Shown here one piece after another: positions 35,059-44,124 of a stretch of 64,000 bases of DNA. The notes beneath the pieces were generated by a model. It did no database searches, had not been told where the DNA came from, and was given only the letters and a program-made list of their open reading frames with translations. This DNA is from a virus, in the IMG/VR virus record IMGVR_UViG_3300024999_000008, positions 4,417 through 68,416 of that record. The stretch is one strand, 5' to 3'. Position numbers and translations under genes: made by a program. Every line of letters starts with the position of its first letter. Position 1 is the stretch's first letter.

Positions 35059-35531
35059 ACATGCAAGTTGATGATAAATTTTATGAGTTTTTGAAACATG
35101 TTGAGGGAAGCTATAAACAAGTTTATCTTGATTCAGGTGGTGAACCAACTATTGGTATTGGACATTTATTGACACTTTCTGAGCGTAGATCAGGAAAGAT
35201 TGTAATTGGTAAATCTATTATAGAATATAGGCACGGATTAACTGCTGAACAAATACTAATTCTTTGCAGACAAGATATTCGAACTGTGGTTAAAGTAGTA
35301 AATCGTGGTGTTAAAATAACACTTACACAGAATCAATTTAATGCTTTAGTTAGTTTTACTTTTAATGTAGGTGATGATGGCTTTTTAAATTCTACTTTAC
35401 TTCGATTACTTAATCAAGGGCAGTATGATAATGTTCCTACTCAATTGCGTCGATGGAAGTATGATAATGGAAAAGTAGTTCAAGGCTTAATTAATCGACG
35501 AGAAAAAGAAATTCGATTGTGGTTGTCATAA
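35055..35531 (+). CDS. endolysin, GH24 phage lysozyme
   Basis: E-x8-D-x5-T triad (EGSYKQVYLDSGGEPTIGIGH), QNQFNALVSFTFNVG, GLINRREKE. Confidence 0.92.
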   Translation: MNMQVDDKFYEFLKHVEGSYKQVYLDSGGEPTIGIGHLLTLSERRSGKIVIGKSIIEYRHGLTAEQILILCRQDIRTVVKVVNRGVKITLTQNQFNALVSFTFNVGDDGFLNSTLLRLLNQGQYDNVPTQLRRWKYDNGKVVQGLINRREKEIRLWLS

Positions 35532-35543
35532 AGGAGTAAAGTA

Positions 35544-35783
35544 ATGTCATATAAACCTGGTGATTATTTAGTAATCTGTGATCAATGTGGCTTCCAAAGA
35601 TATGCATCTGAATGTCGGATGACTTGGGATAAATTGTTTGTTTGTGCTGATACTTGTTGGGAAGAAAAACATCCACATTATACTGATCCGAAACCATTAG
35701 GTGAAAAGCAAAATGTTCCTGTACATAGGCCAGAACCTGAAGAAAATTTTATAACTGTTCCAATTACACCGGATGATCTTTAA
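35544..35783 (+). CDS. small zinc-finger protein
   Basis: ICDQCGF...VCADTCWEEKHP. Confidence 0.7.
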   Translation: MSYKPGDYLVICDQCGFQRYASECRMTWDKLFVCADTCWEEKHPHYTDPKPLGEKQNVPVHRPEPEENFITVPITPDDL

Positions 35784-35791
35784 GGAGTTTT

Positions 35792-36460
35792 ATGGCTACT
35801 TTTAGTGAATTAAAAGAGAAAGTTGAGCTTCTTATTAATGATGATTCTTTTGAAGATTATTTGGGAGATTTTATTAATCAAGGAGTTTCTGAAATTGCTG
35901 GTGGTATGCCTTCGTTATTAGATGGCATTGAGAATCCAATACCTAATATACTTACGCCACCATTGCCTGAATTGTTTACTATAGATACTGTAGAAACCTC
36001 AACTACAGTTGCTTATGTAGATATGCCAACTGATTTTCAACGTGACTTACAATTAGTAGTGTCTTCTACTGGAAGTGAAATTGATATCGCACATTCATTT
36101 ATTGAGTTTGCAGAAACGTACCCATTGCTAAATAAGACTGGTAGGATTTCTGAAGCTATTGAGCATGGAAGAAAGTTATATTATCAAGGTATTCCTGCAA
36201 GCGCTGAGACAATAACATTACATTACTATAGAATGCCTGTTGATATGGAAGATGATGATGATGTTCCTGATGGAGTTCCATCACATTTACATGTATCTTT
36301 GTTGGTGAATTTTGCTGCCTGGAAAGCTTACGAACATATTGAAGATGGTCTAGAAGGTGAAATACCGAATACTATTAAATTTAAAAATAATTTTCTTGCT
36401 GCATTAAGAACATTTGAATTAACACTTCCATTTTATACTCGTGGATTTATGCTTAAATAA
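35792..36460 (+). CDS. head-tail adaptor protein (putative)
   Basis: MATFSELK...FINQG...MPTDF...LHYYRMP...HVSLLVNFAAWKAY. Confidence 0.65.
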   Translation: MATFSELKEKVELLINDDSFEDYLGDFINQGVSEIAGGMPSLLDGIENPIPNILTPPLPELFTIDTVETSTTVAYVDMPTDFQRDLQLVVSSTGSEIDIAHSFIEFAETYPLLNKTGRISEAIEHGRKLYYQGIPASAETITLHYYRMPVDMEDDDDVPDGVPSHLHVSLLVNFAAWKAYEHIEDGLEGEIPNTIKFKNNFLAALRTFELTLPFYTRGFMLK

Positions 36461-36484
36461 TTAAATTTTAATTGGAGGTATGCT

Positions 36485-36679
36485 ATGGCATTAGAAGAAG
36501 GGAAAAGAGCAAGGTTGAAACAACCAATCGTTGCAGGCATTGTCGTTGATGTGCAATATAATAAGAAGGAGAAATGTCTTGAACATTGTCTCGAATGGAC
36601 CACGGATGTCAATAACGACGGAGTGTCAGAAACTCATCGTCGATGGTTTCTTGAATCTGAACTGGAAGAGGTAGCATAA
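36485..36679 (+). CDS. hypothetical protein
   Basis: 64 aa, RWFLESELE; GGAGG RBS. Confidence 0.65.
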   Translation: MALEEGKRARLKQPIVAGIVVDVQYNKKEKCLEHCLEWTTDVNNDGVSETHRRWFLESELEEVA

Positions 36680-37383
36680 TGGAAGAAATTAGAGCTGAAA
36701 TTTCACACGGTATCTCTAACCAGGGCGCAAGCGTTGGTAGAGGTACTCAGACCGTAGAACAGTCAAAGGCTATCGGTCGGTACGGCGTTGAGTGTGTTGG
36801 ACCGGTTGAAGAATTCCGGGTACGGTACGTTCTTCTTCGAGATAGAATCCTTTCATTCAAGCAGATGAACAAGGTTCGGCGCCTCTTGAAAGGATCGTCT
36901 ATCCGCAAAATGATGATTGAATTTGCTACGATCCCAATGGAAGTCAAATGGACCGAGGCGTTTGACAACCTTGTCACCACGGCAGGCAAGAACGACATGC
37001 TCGACAAGTATCTGGCTGGCTCTACTTACACCGCTGCATGGTATATCGGCTTGATCGGTTCTGCCAGTTACACCACTGGCGCGGCAGTCACCGATACAAT
37101 GGCTTCGCATGGTGGCTGGGTTGAGGACGTTGAATATTCACAGTCAGCCAGGGTAACAACCGCATGGAGTGCAGCAGCAGCAGGCAGCAAGGCGCTGTCA
37201 TCGGCCTGTGTCTACTCGATCAACGGCGACGGTACGACGATTAAGGGCTGTTTTTTGAACTCGGTATCTACCAAGTCAGGTACTACCGGCACTCTTTTTT
37301 CTGCTGGTCTGTTCACCGGCGGCGACAAGGTTTTGGCTAACGGTGACACGCTGAACGTCAGCTACACCGCCACTCTGACTTAA
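36679..37383 (+). CDS. tail-associated structural protein
   Basis: NLVTTAGKNDMLDKYL...WYIGLI...GTLFSAGLF...GDTLNVSYT. Confidence 0.65.
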   Translation: MEEIRAEISHGISNQGASVGRGTQTVEQSKAIGRYGVECVGPVEEFRVRYVLLRDRILSFKQMNKVRRLLKGSSIRKMMIEFATIPMEVKWTEAFDNLVTTAGKNDMLDKYLAGSTYTAAWYIGLIGSASYTTGAAVTDTMASHGGWVEDVEYSQSARVTTAWSAAAAGSKALSSACVYSINGDGTTIKGCFLNSVSTKSGTTGTLFSAGLFTGGDKVLANGDTLNVSYTATLT

Positions 37384-37392
37384 AGGGGCGAT

Positions 37393-40300
37393 GTGGGGGC
37401 TGTTCCTACATACATCAACAAGGGCGCGTTTACCTCTGGTACTGGAGATCTGTCGGTGCCACCCCCTTCATCGTCGTGGCTTAACGATATCCTTGTCCTT
37501 TTGGTGGAGTCAGCCAATCAGGATATCGCCACGCCATCGGGGTGGACCCAAGTAGCGAACAGTCCTCAATATACCGGTGATGCAGCCTCAGCAGGAGGTG
37601 TCCGTCTCGCCGTTTTCTGGAAGTTGGTTGAAGGGTCGCAGTTCAATGTCGCTGTAGCAGATACTGGCAACCACACTACCGCGCAGATATTCAGCTTTAG
37701 GGGGTGCGATCCAACAACCCCAATTCATATTACGGCAGGCAGCGTCAATACCCTGGCATCGACAAGTTGGACCTTGCCGAGCGTCACAACTACTGTCGGC
37801 AACTGTCTTATCCTTTTATGTATCGGCCTGGACTATGACGGAAACTCCACGGCTGAGGTAGGCGATTGGACAAATACCGGGCTTACCTCGATAACAGAGC
37901 GGACTAACGAGACAGTTAATAGCGGCGCTGGCGGCGGGCTTGCCTTGGCGACCGCCAGTCGAGCGGCAACCGGGGATATTGGCACAACATCGGTTACTTC
38001 CGCTCATTCCACTACGGCAGCATTTATTACCATCGCTCTGGCTTCTCAGACGGTGTTTGGAGTTTCTCAAACGGAAACCTCTGTCGTGAATGATGTGCTT
38101 GGCGGCGGTGGTGGGGCTCCTATCGAGGCAGACAGAACCGAGACTGCGGCCACTAGCGAAACAACTGTCGGGGTAATCCCTACGACTGCCGCGCAGACTG
38201 AAACGGCGGTGACAACTGAAGAATACTTGCCATACAAGAAGGTCACGGTCGTCAGTGTTGTCAATCTTCCTTCCAAAGACAATAGTGATACCGAAAACAC
38301 AGGAAGGTATGGAAGCACGATTATTACAGTGCCAGACGGCGCAGATTTCTGCATCCTGTTTCACGGCTCTCGCGAGGCAAACCCTCCTTCTACTCCTCCT
38401 TTTTTCGATGGTTTCCTTGGGAGCCCTCAAACAGGCCCCAACTTCTTCGCCCTTGGGGGGCAGACATTCGCTCTTGCCGCTAGAAGCCTGGAGCTTGATC
38501 CACTCGTCAACAATAATAGGTACATTTGGGATGTCGCCGGCTTCTCCTTAGCTGCACCTCCACTTGGAGAGCAGGTTTTTGAGTGGAGTTTTTATCCGAT
38601 ATCGAGTGTGCATTATTTTAGTTTCGTTTTTTATGCGAATGTTCATCAGACAAGTCCACTGGTATATCAACCCGCTAATGGGCTTTATTATCGGGATGGG
38701 TGTACCACTACAGGAGATCTTACCGACAGGAACCTGGTCATAGTAGATGAGGAAGGTGGTTTGGTTGTGGGAGCAGTTACCACAATGGCTGGAGCTACTC
38801 CCCCCACAATAGAGGTAAACGGGCAGACACTCAGGGTGCTTCAAGGAGGCACAGCCCTAAATGAAATTGCCATGATGGTCGGTGATTACGTATCTGATGC
38901 AGCCGACCGTTTCTATTTTGATGACCTAGTTTATGGTGGATACCTCGCTTTTGCTCTGCGAAGATCAGTTGGAGAAATGTACCGAGCAGCGCAGGCTGAA
39001 TCAATCGGCAGCGTGTCTGACGCAAGTCTCGGCCAGGACCAAAACCAGTATGTGCATTCAGCAATAACAGAAACTCTTGCAGTAACTGAAGCTGGGAGTT
39101 CTAATAATGCTGAGAGTGTAGACCTGGCAGATACATCAATTATAAGCACAGTTCATGATGGAGAAGCTATTTCTTCTGGAGCTGAGCTAATTGAAACAGC
39201 CCAGATAACTGATGAAGAGGATAGCTTTGCCACAAACGAAGGATTTGATCGCGGAGTAGGTGAAGGAGCGGTATGTAGTGATACTATAGAATCAACTGTT
39301 ACCATTGAAAGAGATGCTGCTGATTCTTTGCCAGTTCGTCAGATTAATGGGCCATATGTTGATATTCCGACCGAGATAATGTTCTCGGATAGTCGATCAT
39401 ATCAGATTCATGATTATGCTAATACAGCTAGTGGTGGTCGGGCAGTTACTATTCATGCGAATACTAATTTACTGATTTTTGCTTATCACACTCTTTTCTA
39501 TAATCCTGCATGGATTCAGGAAGGAAATTACACACTGACTTTGGGTGGTGTACCATTCGTGCATCTTGCCAATACTAATGCTGCCGGATATAATGTGATG
39601 GTAGCATATTTCAAAAATCCGGAATCAGGGAATATTGCTTGGAATTTTCCTAATCCGAACTTTGGTGGAGTTGAAGAATACGCTGATATTATTAAAATTT
39701 GTCAGTTCACTAATGTTGATATTTCAGGAGATCCTTTTCGCAGTATCATATCTCCAGAAGGTGTAACTAATGCTTCTTCACTTACTCTTTCTGATATTTC
39801 ATATAATGAAGGAGATATGATAGTTGGCATTGAATATGGTATGGGTGGTGGGGCATATGGTGAAGTTAGGTGCGATGTAGGTAGGCAGCCTAACTTGATT
39901 AGTGGTGGAGCATATAATAGTTCTTATGGATGGTCGATCAGAACAACAGTAGGTGCAGTTCCTTGGGGTGCAAGTAGCATTGTTGCTACTACTGCAGATG
40001 GAGCAACGCAGGATTATATTTATATGATGGCTCTAGTTCTTAAGGTAAAACTTGAGGGTTGGATTGCATCACCAGCAGCCACCGAGGCAGGATCACTCAC
40101 TCCATCTGATACTCTAACTAGTACTAGCCTTCATGCTGAAGATGCGGATAGAACTGATTCTTTAGAAGTAACTGAGGCACATAATGGAATTTCTTCTATT
40201 ACCGAAGAAGCAGATAGAACTGATAGTGCTGCAATTGCTGAAGCACAAGTTGGAACACAATCTTATGGAGGAACAGTTACAGATAGTTTAATAATTGCTA

Positions 40301-40938
40301 CTGATCAAATAGCTAGTCGATATGTTTATGGTACAGGTTACGCATGGGCTATAATTAGGGCAACACAGAATAGTCATAAGACAGCTGATTCTTCAGTGAT
40401 TGATACATTAATTCCCAGTGAAGAGCTTATTGCATGGCGAGGACTTTATGTCTCTCTGGCAGATACAGCAACCATTGAAGAGCTTGTTTCGGCTTATAAT
40501 GCTGCCTCAGGAGTAATTGCTGAAAGCATGGAGATAGATGATGACTCGACTACAATAATGGTTAGTTGGGGCTTCACAGTTGAGACTTCATTTGCCACTG
40601 ATGTGCCGACTAATACTGCCATCATGAACGCAGCAAGGATAGAGTTGTTTACTGTTCTTGATGGTTATTCAGCTATCAGAGTTGAATGTTATTTTCCTGA
40701 GATGACTGTCACTTATGGAGAAACTTCATATACAGCTACTCTGTTTGTTCCGGCAATAGAAGCACTTTTTAACAGTGAGACAATTATGGGAACATTGCAA
40801 GATAATGAGCTAGAGGCAATTTTCAGTCAGAATGAAATTACTGCTATTCATGATACACCTAAAATAGAAGCTCTAGCGGCTGGTGAAGTTGTTGCAACTC
40901 TCAGTCAATCTACATACATCGCAACAAAGGGAGAATAA
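37393..40938 (+). CDS. large tail fiber/spike-like protein
   Basis: 1181 aa; beta-rich domains separated by T/E/D-rich repeats. Confidence 0.6.
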   Translation: MGAVPTYINKGAFTSGTGDLSVPPPSSSWLNDILVLLVESANQDIATPSGWTQVANSPQYTGDAASAGGVRLAVFWKLVEGSQFNVAVADTGNHTTAQIFSFRGCDPTTPIHITAGSVNTLASTSWTLPSVTTTVGNCLILLCIGLDYDGNSTAEVGDWTNTGLTSITERTNETVNSGAGGGLALATASRAATGDIGTTSVTSAHSTTAAFITIALASQTVFGVSQTETSVVNDVLGGGGGAPIEADRTETAATSETTVGVIPTTAAQTETAVTTEEYLPYKKVTVVSVVNLPSKDNSDTENTGRYGSTIITVPDGADFCILFHGSREANPPSTPPFFDGFLGSPQTGPNFFALGGQTFALAARSLELDPLVNNNRYIWDVAGFSLAAPPLGEQVFEWSFYPISSVHYFSFVFYANVHQTSPLVYQPANGLYYRDGCTTTGDLTDRNLVIVDEEGGLVVGAVTTMAGATPPTIEVNGQTLRVLQGGTALNEIAMMVGDYVSDAADRFYFDDLVYGGYLAFALRRSVGEMYRAAQAESIGSVSDASLGQDQNQYVHSAITETLAVTEAGSSNNAESVDLADTSIISTVHDGEAISSGAELIETAQITDEEDSFATNEGFDRGVGEGAVCSDTIESTVTIERDAADSLPVRQINGPYVDIPTEIMFSDSRSYQIHDYANTASGGRAVTIHANTNLLIFAYHTLFYNPAWIQEGNYTLTLGGVPFVHLANTNAAGYNVMVAYFKNPESGNIAWNFPNPNFGGVEEYADIIKICQFTNVDISGDPFRSIISPEGVTNASSLTLSDISYNEGDMIVGIEYGMGGGAYGEVRCDVGRQPNLISGGAYNSSYGWSIRTTVGAVPWGASSIVATTADGATQDYIYMMALVLKVKLEGWIASPAATEAGSLTPSDTLTSTSLHAEDADRTDSLEVTEAHNGISSITEEADRTDSAAIAEAQVGTQSYGGTVTDSLIIATDQIASRYVYGTGYAWAIIRATQNSHKTADSSVIDTLIPSEELIAWRGLYVSLADTATIEELVSAYNAASGVIAESMEIDDDSTTIMVSWGFTVETSFATDVPTNTAIMNAARIELFTVLDGYSAIRVECYFPEMTVTYGETSYTATLFVPAIEALFNSETIMGTLQDNELEAIFSQNEITAIHDTPKIEALAAGEVVATLSQSTYIATKGE

Positions 40939-40939
40939 T

Positions 40940-41281
40940 ATGGCAAATGAAAACGATATCAGGATGTATAGAGGTGATTCATATGACCTTACTTTTACTA
41001 TTACTGATAGTGATACAGCTCTTCCTGTATCTCTTAATGGAGCAACATTGAAGATGACTGTTACGACGATTAAAGATCCACCAGATGCTACTACCAAATT
41101 GTTTGATATGACTGGTACTGTTGATGCAGATCCTACGACTGGGATAGTAGTCTTTAAACCGACTACAGTAAATACAGCAACAATTGGAAATTATTTTTAT
41201 GACATTCAATTGACTAGTGGAACGGATGTAAGGACTGTTCAAAAGGCAAAATTTGATATAGTTCAGGATAATACGAAATGA
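40940..41281 (+). CDS. BppU N-terminal-like tail protein
   Basis: IRMYRGDSYDLTFTI...GNYFYDIQL. Confidence 0.65.
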   Translation: MANENDIRMYRGDSYDLTFTITDSDTALPVSLNGATLKMTVTTIKDPPDATTKLFDMTGTVDADPTTGIVVFKPTTVNTATIGNYFYDIQLTSGTDVRTVQKAKFDIVQDNTK

Positions 41282-42663
41282 CTATAAAACTATTCTCTGG
41301 AACTACGGGTTGGAATAATATAGCTGATCCAACTAGACTCAAGATTGATTTTGAAACTGGCATCGTCGAATTGGCAGAGGCTCTTGATGTTGATATAGAT
41401 GATAATGGTCGGATATCCAGAAGGTTAGGACAAGTCAGAATTGCAACAGGTAGTTATCATTCGCTGTTTTGTGATGGTGGAGATTGCTTCGTTATTCTTG
41501 AAACTGTAAATGATGCAGCAATTTATAAAGTTGGCACAAACAATGTTCTTGTTGGTGTCCGATCTGGGTTGACTAAGAATCTCAGGATGGGGTGGTGTCA
41601 GACAAGTCTTGGAACTTATTATAGTAACGGAGTAGAAAGTGGTCGCATTACGGCTGGGGTATCATATGCTTGGGCAGCACAAACTTATGTTGGTCCACCA
41701 ACCACAAGGACATTTGGAACTCCTCCGCTTGGTACTCATCTTGCTTTGTTCTCTTCAAGTATGTGTGTAGTCAATGGAGCAATTGTTAATTATTCAGAAC
41801 CATTAGGATATGGATTGTTTGATAATGCTAGATCAAGATTGAGATTTGGTAGTAATGTGAAAATGTTCAAGCCAGTTGATGGTGGAGTGTGGGCATCAGA
41901 TAGTAAGCGAACTTACTTTCTTGAAGGCTCAAATGTTAGAGAACTCATCAGGCATCCACGTTTAGAATGTCCTGCTCATGAACATTCAGAAGCTATCGGT
42001 TATATAGATGGTGAGAAATTTGGGCTTTCACCAGATACAGGAGAATGTGCAGCCTGGTCGTGCAATGATGGATTGTGTATTGGCACACCACAGGGGCAGT
42101 TGATTGTAGTTACTAAGGACAAACTTAATTATCAGGCTGGAACTAGAGGTGCTACAGTTTTCAACGGAAGTACAGTTATCAATACGATTGATGATTCAGT
42201 TTGCATAAGAACTAATTTGCGCGGAGCAGCATCTAGTAAGTACCAGAATTATGGATTTAATTCAATGGTTAAGTTTAATGGTGGATTGTACGGGGCAAAG
42301 AGTGATGGACTGTTCCAGATTGCTAGTGGTAGCACTGATAATACTACTTTGATTTCTTCTACATTTACCTTACCAACTACTGATTTAGGATCACAAAATA
42401 ACAAGCATCTTCGCTTCTGGTACATGGGAGTAAAAACTGATGGCAAGATACAACTTGATTTGACAGCAGAAGGTAAGACGACGAATACTAAATCATTTAG
42501 GATTTCACCTCCAAGGAATGTACACCAGGTTGTCAGAACACCAATAGGAAGAAATTTGTATGGAAGATATTGGACTCCTAAGATATCAAATGTTCTTGGG
42601 AGTGATTTCTCTATAGATACAAATGCAGTATTACCAATTATTAAATCAAGTGGAATTTCATAG
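41278..42663 (+). CDS. tail tubular/nozzle protein (putative)
   Basis: DVDIDDNGRISRRLG, beta-propeller-like, TDLGSQNNKHL. Confidence 0.55.
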   Translation: MTIKLFSGTTGWNNIADPTRLKIDFETGIVELAEALDVDIDDNGRISRRLGQVRIATGSYHSLFCDGGDCFVILETVNDAAIYKVGTNNVLVGVRSGLTKNLRMGWCQTSLGTYYSNGVESGRITAGVSYAWAAQTYVGPPTTRTFGTPPLGTHLALFSSSMCVVNGAIVNYSEPLGYGLFDNARSRLRFGSNVKMFKPVDGGVWASDSKRTYFLEGSNVRELIRHPRLECPAHEHSEAIGYIDGEKFGLSPDTGECAAWSCNDGLCIGTPQGQLIVVTKDKLNYQAGTRGATVFNGSTVINTIDDSVCIRTNLRGAASSKYQNYGFNSMVKFNGGLYGAKSDGLFQIASGSTDNTTLISSTFTLPTTDLGSQNNKHLRFWYMGVKTDGKIQLDLTAEGKTTNTKSFRISPPRNVHQVVRTPIGRNLYGRYWTPKISNVLGSDFSIDTNAVLPIIKSSGIS

Positions 42664-42672
42664 GAGATAGTT

Positions 42673-44124
42673 ATGGCAGATTTTGTATCATCCGCAGGAG
42701 TAGTTCTGCCTGTTGCAACAGTTACTCCAAACCTTGCTGATATTAATGTTCCTGATCCGCCTATCATCATTGGTGGTACGCGTACTTTAGTTGAAACAAA
42801 ACTGACCTCGACCATGCAATTGGCCGATGACATGATGGTGAGATTGGTTGGACTTGATGGTGCGAGTGGATATCTTGGAACACTTAACTCATTGATTACT
42901 ACTTATTCTGAACCAGTTCTTGATCCACTTTCAATTACTCTTTCTACAACTGCTGTAACTATTCCTGAACGTCCATTACCTACTGGGCTTGCCTCGTTAA
43001 TTACTGATTTTGGTACGTTTTCTGAAGTAGCTCCGACAATGGCAGCAATGCCAACCATTGACACAACATTGTTGACTCCAGGTACTGCTCCAGTTGCCCC
43101 AGAGGCGAGTGTCACTTGGTCTGAGACTGCACTTGTTACTTCTGTTTATACACCATTGTTAGCGAAGATTCTTGCAACGATGGCAGATGATTCAACTGGG
43201 CTTGATTCGTTAGTAGAGCAAGCGATTTATGATCGCGCTATTGCAAGAAACTTGACTACTAATAGTAAGATGTATAATGAGGTCGAGTCTTATTTCTCGG
43301 TCCGTGGGTGGGATGAACCGCAAGGTGCTCTTGAAGGAAAACTTCTTGAGGCGTCAGCAGAAATTGCTAGAAACGAAACGGATGTTACTGAAAAGGTAAT
43401 GATCGAGCGAGCCGACTTGGCTCAGAAAAATGCTCAGTTCATCATTCAGCAGGCAACAGAATTAGAAAAATTAATTCGTGCTACTAGAGACGGTGAATCA
43501 CAGCGAGCACTTGATTATTCTAAGATTTCAGCAGAGATTGTTATTCAATTATATTCAGAAAGTGTCAAAGGTTATGTTGCTACTCTTGAAGCAAAGAAAG
43601 CATATATCCAAGCACAGGTTGAAGTTCTGCGCGGAGTCATAGAAAGTAACAAAGGCTTGCTTGATGTGTATAAGGCACAATCTGAAGTATTCAAGATTGG
43701 TGTTGAAGCCAAAGCTAGTATTAACGATGCAATTATTAAAGGCTTTGAAGCTGAGATAACTGGTTATGAAGCTGAAACTAAAGCACTGACTGCAAGTCAA
43801 ATGGCTTTGGTTGAAGATAATAAGGCGAAGATTGAAAAAGCTGATCTTGAATTACGACTTATGATTGCTCAGATTGATGCTGCAATTCGTGCATATATAG
43901 GTGAGTCTTCTTTGAAGGAAAAAGTCAGTAATGACTTAGCTCAGATCGCTGCTCAATCAGTTGCTTCTGCTCTGAATGCAGTTAATGTTTCTGCATCAGT
44001 TGGGGCAACTGAAAATGAAAGCAGATCAGAAGATTATAACAAGAGTGAATCAATTAGTGAACAGCATAGTTTCCATTCCAGTATTTCTGAATCACACGAT
44101 TATACACATGATCCGACAGCATGA
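42673..44124 (+). CDS. virion protein with long coiled-coil
   Basis: 483 aa helical A/E/K-rich C-terminal half. Confidence 0.6.
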   Translation: MADFVSSAGVVLPVATVTPNLADINVPDPPIIIGGTRTLVETKLTSTMQLADDMMVRLVGLDGASGYLGTLNSLITTYSEPVLDPLSITLSTTAVTIPERPLPTGLASLITDFGTFSEVAPTMAAMPTIDTTLLTPGTAPVAPEASVTWSETALVTSVYTPLLAKILATMADDSTGLDSLVEQAIYDRAIARNLTTNSKMYNEVESYFSVRGWDEPQGALEGKLLEASAEIARNETDVTEKVMIERADLAQKNAQFIIQQATELEKLIRATRDGESQRALDYSKISAEIVIQLYSESVKGYVATLEAKKAYIQAQVEVLRGVIESNKGLLDVYKAQSEVFKIGVEAKASINDAIIKGFEAEITGYEAETKALTASQMALVEDNKAKIEKADLELRLMIAQIDAAIRAYIGESSLKEKVSNDLAQIAAQSVASALNAVNVSASVGATENESRSEDYNKSESISEQHSFHSSISESHDYTHDPTA

